From NCBI RefSeq assembly GCF_006345805.1, contig NC_042999.1, positions 158,224,001 through 158,288,000 on the forward strand: 64,000 nucleotides of DNA. Direction: 5' to 3'. The stretch is from Octopus sinensis (Eukaryota). Numbering within the stretch: position 1 is the first letter of the stretch; the number at the start of each line of letters is the position of its first letter. The position numbers and the translations under genes were made by a program. Below are positions 13,905 through 26,876 of this stretch, one piece after another. A model generated the notes under the pieces. It searched no databases. It had not been told where the DNA came from and saw nothing but the letters and a program-made list of their open reading frames with translations.

Positions 13905-14346
13905 AATAATAATAAATATTAGGGAATAAATCCAAATTTACAGGGAAAAATCAGATTTAGGATTGAATCCAATTTTATAGTAAAATATTATGTAATATTA
14001 ATTAGAGACAAAACCACTATTTTGCAAATCAAACAAAGAAAGACTTAATCCAATACATAAAAAAATATTTAATATAAATTAAATTAAATTAAATTCGCCA
14101 CTACAATTGTTTTGTGTCTCTTCTAAGGACATTCATCAGGTGGATTTCAGATCTAAAAATAATCAATATTTTTAAGATATAAATTTAAAATGACTAAAAC
14201 TATAAATAATATAAATTTATCAACGAAAAAATATATATATATAATCTATATATAATCAAGAACTAAAATAACCTCTATAAACAATTGAATATAAAGAAAC
14301 CTAGTATTTAAGTTCTCATATTGCAAAATAGTGGTTTTGTCTCTAA

Positions 14347-14355
<9 letters not shown>
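13905..14355 (-). mobile_element. Penelope-like terminal repeat with 35-bp inverted copy
   Basis: taatattaattagagacaaaaccactattttgcaa (13993-14027) is perfectly inverted at 14321-14355. Flanked by (TA)n; hammerhead on the minus strand. Confidence 0.7.
14098..14143 (-). ncRNA. Hammerhead ribozyme relic (G12 mutated)
   Basis: ccac-CTGATGA-atgtc...gacac-AAAA-caattg-TA-gtgg: stems I-III intact, palindromic acaattgt, but GAAA reads AAAA. Confidence 0.65.
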
Positions 14356-14432
<77 letters not shown>

Positions 14433-14435
<3 letters not shown>

Positions 14436-14670
14436 GGAGTAAACACATAAATGTGAAACAAGGTGGAAAAAAGAGTACTCAAATACCAGTGGTAGAGTAA
14501 TATGCTTTATTTAAAGCAGCAGAAAATTCAACAAAACCTGTTACTCTGAGTTTCCCGTTGCCGTTCGTCGGACAGTTTTTGCTAGAATTCTAGCAAAAAC
14601 TGTCCGACGAACGGCAACGGGAAACTCAGAGTAACAGGTTTTGTTGAATTTTCTGCTGCTTTGAATAAAG
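14433..14670. mobile_element. Penelope-like terminal repeat with 166-bp zero-loop palindrome (14505-14670)
   Basis: Centre gctagaattctagc, one mismatch between arms, (TA)n on both sides. Same family as 35931-36330. Confidence 0.85.
14600..14637 (+). ncRNA. Minimal hammerhead ribozyme, C4 core (mirror copy 14538-14575 on minus)
   Basis: ctgt-CCGACGA-acg(gcaa)cgg-GAAA-ctcagag-TA-acag; GUA cleavage triplet, GNRA-capped stem II. Confidence 0.7.
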
Positions 14671-15249
14671 TATATATATATATATATGCGAGCACCCCAC
14701 ACACACGCATACACTACAATAGATGATATCTGCTGCTTCCAGTGTTACCAACGTGGCTATTCTGAATCCCAATATGACTTAATAATGGACAGAGAAATAA
14801 TCAATATGATATGCTGTTTGAGACGGGTTGCAGAGAATGTGCGATGGGAAGTGGGGAATCTTAAAATTTTCCTGTGCATCGTATCATGACACGCTCTCTA
14901 ATAAACTGGAAAGTGCCGTTAATGTGTTAAATGTGATTATTTCTTTTCGTCAGAGCTGCAGCTATCTAAGGCGGAGAATCAATTAATAGAATCTGGGAAG
15001 TCAGAAATGGTAACAAGTGCGGGAGTAATAGGTCTTGTTTGCTCTTTATTTCTCTGTTTTGTTGCTTGATTACGCGTTTAAAGACTTTGATAAAGGAGTT
15101 CTAACTGCATTCGGCAATAGTACATGCGTATCAACAATGAATGGGTCAACATTTATTTTTCATATACTATTGCTGATGCTGCAGTACTTCTGATAATATA
15201 GTTAGAAGAAGCTCAATTTAACTGTTGAATAGTTCCTGCGCTGTTAATG

Positions 15250-15830
15250 AGATTAGTATCACTATAATCATAAAGTAATCAAGTAATTCACCAGCATTAA
15301 GTCAACCGTAGGCAGAGAAAATAAAGTTGATGCAGCCTGCCTATATTCTTACAACAACTAACATAAAAGTTGACGATGCTTTCCTGAATTACAACATCAT
15401 AAATAACATCAAAAGAAACTGGCTGTTTTGGGAAATTGCAGTTTCAAGTTTGATTCGAAGGAGATCTTACTTTAGAAATAAAATTGAAGCGTATCGAGCT
15501 GTAGTTCATTTGACTTTATCATGTGGGACTCCTTATAGGTGCCATAAAGAATTTGATATTTTCCACAAACGATGCCTGCTTAATATCTAAGGATATAACT
15601 GGAACGACAAGTTCTGTAACATCGATATTTTCAAGTAATGTGTCATTTCAGATATTGAACCTTTTCTTATCTAGTCTCATTTTTGATGACCTGGTCATGC
15701 AATTCGCCTGTTGAAAGTTCTTCCCAATACCAAGATAAATGGAAATAAAATGTGATTTAAATATATCATAAGAGTATATATGGAAAGAATGACGCAGGTT
15801 GGCAAATCATGTCACTATGAAACTAATGAT
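15250..15830 (+). mobile_element. Decayed RTE-clade LINE ORF C-terminal fragment
   Basis: KIEAYRAVV...YRCHKEFDIFHKRCLLNI*GYNWNDK resembles the RTE K...Y.AVV....L..FH.RCLR.IL.I.W.D region. Confidence 0.7.
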
Positions 15831-16199
15831 TTTCAAAGTTAGCTAGGAGAAAGTATAATACCAAAAGTTCGAATCCAGTTTGTTATATATATATATATAT
15901 ATTTGCATGTATGTATGCATATATGCATGTATATATACACACACACACACATACAAACACACACGTACGTGTGTGTGTATACACACATGTGTGCGTGTCT
16001 GTGTAAGCATGTGTGCATTTGTGCATGTTTATAATATTACTGAGATCACTCACTGTTGCCTCATATTCGTGTTTCGCAATTCCGCATTGATCACGCAACT
16101 GACGACTATATATCTTCTGACAGAGCAAAGGTGCAGTCAATAGAGATAAAATAAAACTATGATGATGATTTCTTATTTAGACACATGCTCAGTAATCTT

Positions 16200-16705
16200 G
16201 TGGGATGGAGTTACTCGGTACTATTGAGCCCAGTACTTGACTAGTATTTTATTCTTTCGATCCGAGAGAAATGAAAGTCGAACTCGGCAAAATTTGAATT
16301 CAGATTGTAAAGAGTCGGAACAAATGTTGCAAGGCATTTCCAATGCTATGATGATTCGGCGGCCAACTCGTCACTTTGTAATAATTTGCACTTTGGCATC
16401 GTGCGAGTAATATTGCATGAAGAGGATTAAAAACGGACGAAATACCTATTTCTTTACTACCCACAAGGGGCTAAACACAGGGGACAAACAAGGACAGACA
16501 AACGGATTAAATCGATTATATCGACCCCAGTGCGTAACTGGTACTTATTTAATCGACTGGTACTTAATTTGCACTTTGGCATCGGGCGAGTAATATTGCA
16601 TGAAGAGGATTGGTACTTTATATCATCGACATCGGCGGGATTTGAACTCAGAACAGTAAAACCATTTTCTCCGGTGCTCTAACGATTCTGTCTGCTCTAC
16701 GCTCT
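16200..16705 (-). mobile_element. SINE family B fragments (tandem, rearranged)
   Basis: Reverse of gagttcaaattccgccgaggtcgactttgcctttcatcc...aagtaccag...gtaaagaaa; a 46-bp duplication at 16384 and 16566. Confidence 0.75.
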
Positions 16706-17164
16706 TAGAAAATGTGTAATAATGAAAAAGCAAAAGAAGAAAAAAACTCTCCTAAAACGTGTATCTGTGCCAACAAACTAAGGCAGTTGGTTAAATAGCG
16801 TATTAGAGGCAGTTGGTTAAATAGCGTATTTCTATCTTCTTAGCTCCTTAATGGAAAGTGCTTCATTTAGTTCGACTTGTATACTGTGTCAAATTTACTT
16901 CAGGACGTAGGGAAGAAATGTTTCCAGGTCACAAACTGCGTTAAAGACCAGTGCAATTTACAATTTAAACACATGTAATACGATTGTAGCAAAATATACT
17001 GTAAGCTTGGAGGCGGCAAAACAAATTCTGAAGCTATCAGAATAAGTAGGTTGGTCATTGAGGAAAAATCAATTTTTATGAACAAAGGGATTTAATAAAT
17101 GATAATTAAGTCAGTCGTAGTGGAAAGCAACATGCAAATGATTACACTCTATCGTATGATACTT

Positions 17165-17960
17165 TTTTTAGGAGACTGGTACTTGTTTTATCGACATCTT
17201 ATAGGAGACTGGTACTTGTTTTATCGACATCAAAAAGGTGAAAGACCTGGGTGGAGTTTGAACTCAGAACCTGAAGACGGATGAAATACTGCTAAGAATT
17301 TTCCCCGGGGTATCTGACGATTCTGCCAGCTAACTGCCTTATTGATAATGATAAAAGTTTCAAATTTTGGCCGAGGATCAGCATTTCGGGGTAGGAATTA
17401 GTTGATTACATCGACTCCAGTGGTCATCTGTTACTTATTTTATTGTCTCCGTAAAGATGAAAGACAAATTCTTCCTCGGAGCGTTTGAACTCAGAACTTG
17501 AAAACGGACGAAATACCTATTTCTTTACTACCCATAAGGGTCTAAACACAGAGAAGACAAACAAGGACAGACAATCGGATTAAGTCGATTATATCGACCC
17601 CAGTGCGTAACTGGTACTTATTTAATCGAGCCCGAAAGGATGAAAGGCAAAGTCGACCTCGGCGGAATTTGAACCACAACGTAACGGCAGACGAAATACC
17701 GCTAAGCATTTCGCCCGGTGTGCTAACGCTTTTGCCAGCTCGCCGCCTTAATGATAATAATAATTTTTTCTGTTATAAATACAAGGCCTGAAATTTTGAG
17801 GGACGAGGCAAGTCAATTACATTAACTTCATTTCTCGACTGCTACTCATTTTATAGACCCCGAATTCAGGGACATTTGAATTCAGAACCCAACGATGGGC
17901 AAAATTACGTTAAGGGTTTTCTCCAGTGTGCTAGCCATTCTGCCAGCGTGCCGCCTTCGT
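17165..17960 (-). mobile_element. Tandem cluster of SINE family B copies
   Basis: Four successive tttgaactcag (B-box reverse) modules; head ...gccagctcgccgcctt at ~17740. Confidence 0.8.
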
Positions 17961-18319
17961 GCTGTCAAATAATAAAATTTGGGTCGATTGTTAATGCCTT
18001 ATAAAGATCTATCTCTACCAATTATAGGCATGTTCAACGCCCCCCCCCCCCCCCACCGAATATCTCTTTCTCCATGCGTACATATCGACTGACAGCGAAT
18101 AAATATAGTGATACATAATGATAAATGCACACTGACGGAAAAATTATGTAACCTTTTGATGTATTCACTTCACAAGTAATATTCCCCATGTTTCATTGTA
18201 TAAAGTTTGCGATTTAGTAACTCCAGCTTTATAATGCTTACTTGCGTATACTTATTTTACAATTTTTTTTATTATTTCAACATTATATTCACTATAGATT
18301 ATTTTCGATAGCTATTTAG

Positions 18320-18357
18320 TTATATATAATATATATATATATATTATATATATATAT

Positions 18358-18400
<43 letters not shown>

Positions 18401-18643
18401 TGTATATATATATATGTATATATATATATTATATATATTATATATAATATATATATATGTATATATATTATGTATGTATGTATATATATATATATTATAT
18501 ATGTATGTATGTATGTATATATATATATATATATATGTATGTATATATATATAGTATATATATATATATATGTATGTATATATATATATGTATGTATATA
18601 TATATATATATGTATGTATGTATATATATATATAATATAATAT

Positions 18644-18675
<32 letters not shown>

Positions 18676-18690
18676 ATATATATCTATATA
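18320..18690. repeat. (TA)n/(TATG)n microsatellite
   Basis: Direct reading. Confidence 0.95.
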
Positions 18691-19169
18691 CATGAATGTA
18701 TGTTTGTGTTTATGTTTTCAAGTATGCGAGAAACTTTAAATTGTTTGGCCTGCATAGAAATTAATCCCGTCCTTTGAAGTTTATAAAGTTGATCTATAAT
18801 TTGTCGAAATTACAGTGATTAATTATTAAATGTTGGTTGGTTACTAAATTTTGACAATATCTGGTGAAATATTCTGGGCGCTCTGTTTAAATTATATAAT
18901 TATTTCTATTCAATTTCGGTTGACTTTAAGACGATTAGAAAGCGAATACACCATAGATTCCAATGAATAGCACAAAATGTGAGAAAATATATAGCTTACG
19001 GCATCCTATTCAATGTATTAAAGTCAGTAAAACGTTCAATAGATATCTGCTTCTTATCTATGTGCAAAAGTATTTCTACAGAATACACGTAGCCATTCAA
19101 AGTAAAGAAATTAGTCAAATATTTTTCGACCATTTTTCAGCCGACAAAAACCAGCAAACTATAAATGTA

Positions 19170-19980
19170 CTAGCTTAAGGTGACCCGCTCTACGTGCGGG
19201 TAAGTGTGTGGTTATTACTTTCTGTTGCTTCCTTTCTGTTTTTTATCACCACATTCTCCCTCTTTGTTTCTCTCTCCTTTCTCTCTCTCACTTTCCCACT
19301 CTCTTACTCTTCCTTTCTCTCGGACTCTCCCTCGCTTTCTCTCACTCTCTATCTTTCTCTATCTATCTCTCTTCCATTTATAAACAACAAAAATCTTGAG
19401 TAAGTTGAGAAAGAAAATATTTTGAAAAATCAATCATAAATATCAAGCAGTGACAACGGAAAGATCTGCTTCAAGGCAGACAGCAAAACACTAACATTTA
19501 AAAGGGACAGACGCACTTGCGAGCTGAATAGAAATAAAAAAATATTGGAAACCAAAGTTTGAAGGGATAGAATCTGAGGATAGTAAAGTCACCATGGCTG
19601 GCATTTCTTAACGACGGACAGCAACGTAAAACTTTGGACTTGATGTAAAAGAAAATTCCTAAACACCAAGTTTTGAAGTGATTCTTTCTCACGACAGTAG
19701 ACTCACCAATGCAAGCATTCAAAACTTCTTCATGGACGGCAACACATCGAAGATTTAAAAGCTGGCGCAAATTTTTTAGCTTGATGTAACAGAGAATTCC
19801 TAAACACCCGCTCCTGTAAATTTTAATTCCCTTCCAGCCCCATTTAGACCCCTCTTCATATTTTGGTTAATATAACCCGATTTCATTCAGGTCTACTCGG
19901 GCCACATTTTATAAGATGAGGAATTTTGAAGAAAAAAATAGTTGCCATGCAAACTCGCCAGCACTTTTAACATAGGTGTG
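19170..19980 (-). mobile_element. Non-autonomous Helitron (3' end defined, 5' end uncertain)
   Basis: Minus-strand 3' CTAG followed by T (19170-19173), preceded by hairpin acccgc-acgtaga-gcgggt. Confidence 0.5.
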
Positions 19981-20017
19981 CATATTTTCAGCTCAACCGG
20001 CCACATAATGCACACAT

Positions 20018-20085
<68 letters not shown>

Positions 20086-20136
20086 GTGTGTGTGTGCGTG
20101 TGTGTGTACGCATTATATATACAAATGTATACAAAT

Positions 20137-20168
<32 letters not shown>

Positions 20169-20519
20169 ATATACACACACATATATATATTTATATAAAT
20201 ACAGATATATACACTATTTATATATAGAATACACACACACACACACATATATAAATTAACCCAATAAATATCTGATTCATAATATTTGTTCGCAGAATTG
20301 TGTGGTGGTGGTGGCGATAGTAAAACTCTCTATGAGAGAGAGAGGGGGAGGCGGTGGGGGAAAGAGGGACAGCGCTGGCGAAGGCAGCGGGGGAAAGATA
20401 GTAGTATCTGTCAAACGTCGTTATACAGAGAAAGTGATGGGAAGGGAGGAAGCAGAGTGGGACGGAGAAAGACAGGCAGATAAGAGAATGTGAGAAGACT
20501 TGTCAAAGTGTGCGTTTGT

Positions 20520-20697
20520 TGCCCTAGTAACGACACCTTTTAAGATAGGGATTTCTAACCTAGCCTACTCGCATCCTCATCTCATTTTACATGTCCCTGT
20601 AAATTTTGGAGTCAATCCGACTGGATCTAGTGCCCTTTAACCCGTTCCAATGCCAAAATCAGACAAACGAACTTTTCGCATTTCAGATTTATAGATA
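20520..20697 (-). mobile_element. Helitron-like 5' terminal fragment
   Basis: Body aaattttggagtcaatccg...cagacaaacgaacttttcgc ending in atagat (A|TC on minus) resembles short non-autonomous Helitron ends. Confidence 0.35.
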
Positions 20698-20784
20698 TTG
20701 ATGATGTTCAAGTTATTTAAATTTTATATACTTAAGTACTTTGGAGGTGTGACAGTGTAGTAAAAAGCTTGCTTTCCTCACTAC

Positions 20785-22806
20785 TGTGTGGACGTGTTTT
20801 TCTTCGCTGGTGGAGTCACGTCGCTGTATACCAACGTCGTAAATTATTGAAAAAGTGAAGCACAACAAGGTAGGGCATTTATTGTTTTGGGATTCAGTGG
20901 GGGTTTGCTGCTCGTCTTTATTTATTTTTGGCGAACAAGAAATCACCACTCAGTTCCACGCATTTGTCTGCCTGTAGTTGTGTTTTAAGTTTCACTTAGC
21001 GGTGAGAACTGTGTTTTGGGGGCGTATCCCTCCTAAAATTGTGTTATTTTTTGTGACTATTTTGTGCCCTTGCCAGAGGATTACCAAGTTGGCCAGGAGT
21101 ACTAGGACAGCCAGAAGAATTTGGTGTGTTTTTTAGAACTATTTCTTGTCTTCTTCTTTCCTCCTTGTATTTTTTTGAACTCTGAACTTTTGTTTTTTGT
21201 GGACTTTTTCAAAAAGAAACATGGCAAAGAAGACGAAGACACTGCTTTGGCGTGGGAGATTGTCCCACCCAAACAATAGATGAAAGACGTGAAGAGAGGA
21301 CGGTGGTGCTGCGAACGTACTCCAAGTCGCTCGACACCATCACCCTCCTTAAAAAGACTGAAATTGAGAAAGAGTTGGCATAAAATTTGCCAACTATTAA
21401 ATTCATCTCGGGGCGGGGGTCAAATATGCAACGGTGTGGTTGCTATTTGACACCCCGAGGAGGCTCGCAAATTTGCGAGCCAGCCCTTTGAGGACAAAGT
21501 GATTTTGTTTCTTCCCACGTATTGTGGGAAGAAGTTGACAAGAGCTTGGGTCTACGGGTTGCCACCCAGGATAGAACCCGAGTGGATAGAGGAGACGATC
21601 CACCGGGGTCTGGGTCACAGCGGAGCCATCGCCTTAATATAAAAATTTTGCCTGCGGCTGATTGGGTTGGGCCTAAAGCCGTGTTGATCCTGTGAACCCA
21701 ATCAGCCAAAAATCTAGTTTCTACAGATTTTTTGAAAATGGCCGGGTGTAGGTACCCGACGCTCTGTCTGTTGTCAAAAGCCTTTAAAGGGAGGTTTAGG
21801 GATGCCTTGGTTAATGATGCGCAGACATGCGTCGAGGTTGAGGCACCTCTGGATTCTCCTGGATAGTGAACGGGTGTGGTCTCCGCTGGCCAGACAAATG
21901 TTCTCCGAGTTCAAAAGTTTTTGCAAACAGGAAGCCTGCTGTTCTTGTAGACCGAGGTCGAGCCGGAATGGCAAGAGTGCCGTAAGGCCCTCTTGCCATT
22001 CCGGCGTTCGGGCAACGCCAGCGGTGGGGGTTCCACACGGATTTTATATAGCGGGTTGGTAGAGTCTGAATGCGACGATGGCCTGGGGGCGACTCTAGGT
22101 CTCGGATTTATTCAACTGGACAGCCTGTTTCACCGTACATTCGTGTTGAGAACGTTGGACAACTTCCAAAGTCCTTAACCTGGCAATGCCTGACGGTAAG
22201 CGTCAGTCGCCGACCTGTCCAAGATGCGGGGGTGGGCAGGGAAACCGTCCCTCGCGCTATTGTTCAGTGTCCGGAGATAACTGAAAGGTGAGCTTATGCT
22301 GAACACCTGTTGTCTGGCAAAGGAAGAGTACAGCTGTCGACTGAGTCAATTATAAAAATTGACCCATCGGGAGTTTTAACGAACGAAGGTAAGAATTTGT
22401 TCTCACGGTTGTAGCAATAGCGAAAGAGGTAGTATGGAAGACTAGGATAAAAGGAATTAAGACAAGCAACTTTATCTCTGGCCACAATTTACGATCATTT
22501 TTTTCTTTTCATTTGAAAAGGAAGCTGTGGCTGGAGAAGAGATGTCTGTCGGAGTGTACGTTCCAGAAGAGATGGAAGCATGTTGCACGAGTGTTGTGCG
22601 TGCAAGGAAACGTGTGAAAGGATGGAAAAAAGGACAAAAAAAGGTACCAGCAGTAGATCGGGGCTTGTGGGGTCGGAACATGGCCTGATCATCGCATCAT
22701 TTGTATTGCCTTTGTATTGTTAATTCCATTCGAACATTTTTAGATTGTATTTAAATTTTTAAAGTCACATTATATGTAAAATCATAACGCTCTACTGATT
22801 CTATCA
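20785..22806 (+). mobile_element. Internally deleted Tx1/L1-clade LINE (5' UTR, ORF1 N-terminus, ORF2 C-terminus, 3' UTR)
   Basis: ORF1-like from 21221 (ERTVVLRTYS...LPTYCGKKLTRAWVYGLPP). Post-RT QKPLKGGLGMPW at ~21780, zinc-knuckle region PTCPRCGG..ETV.....QCP at ~22220 and FHLKRKL...KRW at the end. No endonuclease or RT core seen between. Confidence 0.8.
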
Positions 22807-22809
22807 GTT

Positions 22810-23390
22810 GTTGTCCATTTCTATGTTTGGCCCCCAGTGGGTAATAAAGAAATTGATATTTCGTTTGCCGCTACGTTCTGAGTTCAAATTCCGCCGAGGT
22901 CGACTTTGCCTTTCATCCTTTCGGGATCGATTAAATAAGTACCAGTTACGCTCTGGGGTCGATATAATCGACTTAATCCGTTTGTCTGTCCTTGTTTGTC
23001 CTCTCTGCGTTTAGCCCCTTGTGGGTAGTAAAGAAATAGGTATTTTCTCTGCCGTTACGTTCGAAGTTCGAATTCCACCGAGGTCGACTTTGCTTTTCAT
23101 CCTTTCGGGGTCTATAAATTAAGTACCAGTTATGCAACTGGTGTCGATGTAATCGACCTAATCCGTTTGTCTGTCCTTGTATGTCCCCTCTGTGTTTAGC
23201 CCCTTGTGGGTAGTAAAGAAATAGGTATTTCGTCTGTCTTTACGTTCTGACTTCAAATTCCCGCGAGGTCGACTTTGCCTTTTATCCTTTCGCGGTCGAT
23301 AAATTTGTGTACTGGGGTCGTTCTAATCTACTGGTTTCCTCCACCTCCAAAAATATCGGGCCTTGTTCCTAGGGTAGAAAAGAATATTTC
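22810..23390 (+). mobile_element. Head-to-tail array of SINE family B (~185-bp period)
   Basis: Junction aagaaat(a/t)g at 22847, 23031 and 23216; three B-box modules. Confidence 0.85.
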
Positions 23391-23769
23391 AGACGTTAAA
23401 ACACAAAATAAAAAAAGAAAGAACAAGGAGAAAAAATAGCATATTGAACTATTCAACATTTATCGGAAAAAATATTTATCTTTCAAATGATATAGGCTCG
23501 TTCAGAGATGCTTGAGGCTACCCAGCAGCCAAAGCAAAACGTTTGCTTTTATTACTTTCTGTAAGCAGACTACTCGAACGATCATTTAGAAAGCAAATAT
23601 ACAAACGAAGAACGCATACACCGACGGTTCCCATATTGGAGTGTGCAGCCTCTGGCGCCCCACAAAGGTAGGACTAGAGCTTGGGGTCCTTGAGTTGTAT
23701 TTGATATTAAAAAAATACTGTAAAATATATTATCCCCTAGATGCAGATATTCATATACACATAGATACA

Positions 23770-23906
23770 TACACACGTTGGTACATTGGTTTCAAATTTT
23801 GGCACAAGACCAGTAATTTCGTGGGATGGGATAAGTCGATTATATCGATCCTAGTGCTCAACACTGGTACTTATTTTATCGACCCCGAAAGGATGAAATG
23901 AAAGTC
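23770..23906 (-). mobile_element. SINE family B partial
   Basis: ggtacttattttatcgaccccgaaaggatgaa. Confidence 0.7.
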
Positions 23907-23982
<76 letters not shown>

Positions 23983-24008
23983 ATATACATACATACATAC
24001 ATACATAC

Positions 24009-24064
<56 letters not shown>

Positions 24065-24149
24065 ATATAATAAAAGAGAAGAAGGAATGTACCAACAAAA
24101 AATTTACACACACACACAGAGACTTCAACATAGTATCTGTCTACACAAT

Positions 24150-24265
24150 TCATTGGATGAGCAGGCGCTATAGCAGTAGACGCTTGACCTAGGTGCTGCT
24201 CAGTGAGACTGAACCCGAAACCTCGTGGTTGCAATGCGAAATATTTAAACCCACACATATAGCCT
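24150..24265 (-). mobile_element. SINE family A head, diverged
   Basis: gctatagcagtagacgcttg...actgaacccgaaacc. Confidence 0.6.
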
Positions 24266-24376
24266 TCGCCTTCTTTCATTCCATACTTTAAATTTAATTC
24301 CATGTAACTATTTGAGCAGTGCTGTTCATTTTAGTTAAAATTCTAATTTCCATTATGTCTAATCTCTCTGTGTTAG

Positions 24377-24431
24377 ACACGGCTGCGACACTGACCGAAT
24401 TTGAAAGTGAAATGAAGTCAGTCATGAATAA
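24377..24431 (+). CDS. Candidate host exon (TAATLTEFESEMKSVMN)
   Basis: tctaat...gttag acceptor and GTAACC donor; joins in frame with 24536-24570. Confidence 0.35.
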
Positions 24432-24535
24432 GTAACCCTTTCAGGAATACAACATGAATATTTATATTTGCGAATAACTATCTATTTAAAATGAGCAAAC
24501 TGAAAATTTGTTATTTATTTTAATGTTTAATACAG

Positions 24536-24570
24536 GAAGAAATGTCCTACTGTCACTTCAAAATTTACAG
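24536..24570 (+). CDS. Candidate host micro-exon (KKKCPTVTSKFT)
   Basis: ttaatacag acceptor and CAG|GTGAGG donor; phase-compatible with the previous exon across a 104-nt intron. Confidence 0.35.
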
Positions 24571-26392
24571 GTGAGGAGAAAATTCCATGATAATGCAACT
24601 GCTGTTCAAATTTATTTTGTTGGTCAATGCTTGTAGGTAAAACTTGTGAAAAGATGCTGCTTCGAGGGAACCATTACGTAGTCGCTATACTTGCTAAACA
24701 GCAAACAAATCTTCCTCAAAATTTTCGCCTCAAGAAAGGGGAGACACATTGAGATAAACAATAACATAGAAAGTTATGAACCGAAAGGAGGCCACAATTC
24801 TGTTTTGTATTACTCAGGTTCATCCATCGATTTTCACATATGAAATAACGCGAGGATCAACGTTATTTTTCATTCTATTGATATCAGTAAAAAAAGGAAT
24901 ACTTATGGTGCTTCATTTCTATCTATTATTTCTTTTCCACAATATTTGCATCATCTTACCGTAGCAAATCAATATTAGGGTTATCAGGTCTGTTACACTT
25001 GTGTTATTTATAAAATACTGACTTCAGTTACAAATGTGATAAAACTGGAATTAGAAGAAAGTAAAGATCTATTAATGAAAAGTTTACTTCAGTATTCAAA
25101 ATAGAAATTGCCCAGAGGGAAGGAAAAAATGTACGATTTGCTCAACTCTAACCGGGATAACTCTATAGAAAATGATCAACACATGGAATGCAAAGTATAT
25201 ATTACGCAAACTGATTGGTTAAAATCTATATCAGTTTCAAACTCTACATTAGTCTTACATATTTGCTATTTCATTATCTCTTTTTCTATCTACGAAAATA
25301 AGAATCATATCCTATTCGATAACAACATTTCATTGGATTTTGGATGTTTATTTCCTGCTATTTTCTATCCTATTATCGGTATATTTTGATTCTATGTTCA
25401 CAAACAAACATCTTCAAAGCTGGTAAGAAGTGAGAAGAAAATAAAACTAAAAACAAAATCATTATTTCAGAGCGGATATTATTTCCAGGTTATATATTAT
25501 TCATGGATGTTTTTCGGTTCAGATTATCATATTATTTTTCAGGAAGAAACATTTTATCCCGGAAATATAGGTCCGAAGGGTTGTTCATGGAATTTTGAAG
25601 CCAACATACTTAATGATATGGAGACAGGAAAAGATTATTTTTTTATTTTATTTTTCATCAAAGACTTTTAATTTTCAACAATGTCTCTGTTGATTTCTAT
25701 ACACTTTATTTTTCTATGGATATCACAGCTGCTCAATGCCATTTATATAGAATCGTTTGTTCTGTTCACAAACCGCTATCCAGATGCCAGTTGTAGTACT
25801 TTTTTTTTTACTCTTTTTTATCAGTGCTCTAAATCTGGAAGCAGGTGAAAATCACAGGAAGTAAAATCAGGCAAGTAGGAATAAGTGAAATAGCACTTCA
25901 CGCCTCAGTCATAAATTGCAGTCTTTGATACCCGAGCTGCGTAAACTAGTGCATATTGTTAATTAACAATACCGTATGGAGAGGCAGAATATTGAGTACA
26001 TCATCTTGCGGTCACTGGGTGGTAAGGGAAATTTTTGGACGTTTCCTCTCTCTCTCCTGAGTTTTTATCAATTTTACTTTTATACTACCAGGGACGATAA
26101 AATAAGTTACAGAAATATATAAACACAGATTCAATCGACAGAATATTCTTCCCACTAAACAGTTGGCTTCAAGAATAGCCAGAAATTAGTAGAAGAAAGG
26201 AGGCATATATGGCTTCATAGCTTATGTAGGTTAATACCTATAATGAAAACACGGGCTGGAGGGAATTTATATGTGGCTAGCAGTCGTGGTGTGTAGTAGC
26301 TGAGATAATGGTTTTTAGAGCGGGGGTCTATGATGGAAGACAGTAGAATAATGCCAGATCAAAAATTAAATCTAGTTTCTGTTAGTAAACTA

Positions 26393-26710
26393 GCACTCCG
26401 TTGAGACAACCATGGTTTCAATTGATCTGATCAACGGAATAATCTACTCGTGAAATCATGGTGCATGTGGCTGAGCATTCTATAGACATGTGTACCCTTA
26501 ACGTAGTTCTCGGGATATTTAACGTGACATAGAGTGTGACAAAACTGGCCCTTTAAAATACAGGGACTATTCATTTTTACCAGCTGAGTGGACAGGAGCA
26601 ATGTGAAATAAAGTTTCTTGCTCAAGGACAAAACGCGTCACCAGGAATTGAACTCACGACCTTGTGATCGTGAGCCGAATACCCTAACCACTAAGCAACG
26701 AACCTTCACA
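26393..26710 (-). mobile_element. tRNA-derived SINE with CORE-like centre and family C 3' domain
   Basis: Head gagttcaattcc and cttgagcaag; 3' block gtacccttaacgtagttctcggg shared with 61937-62957. Confidence 0.75.
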
Positions 26711-26806
26711 GCTTCTGTTAGTAAAGAACAGTAAACCACTGCAGAACATTGAACAAAAAGAAGCAAAAAAAAATTAATACATGTATGTGTGTGTGTGTAA
26801 GAGATC

Positions 26807-26837
<31 letters not shown>

Positions 26838-26838
26838 C

Positions 26839-26876
<38 letters not shown>

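Noticed and set aside
22810-23390. Regularly spaced repeats resembling a CRISPR array
   Set aside because: Whole ~185-bp units are repeated (SINE multimers) with no unique spacers; eukaryotic context and no cas genes.
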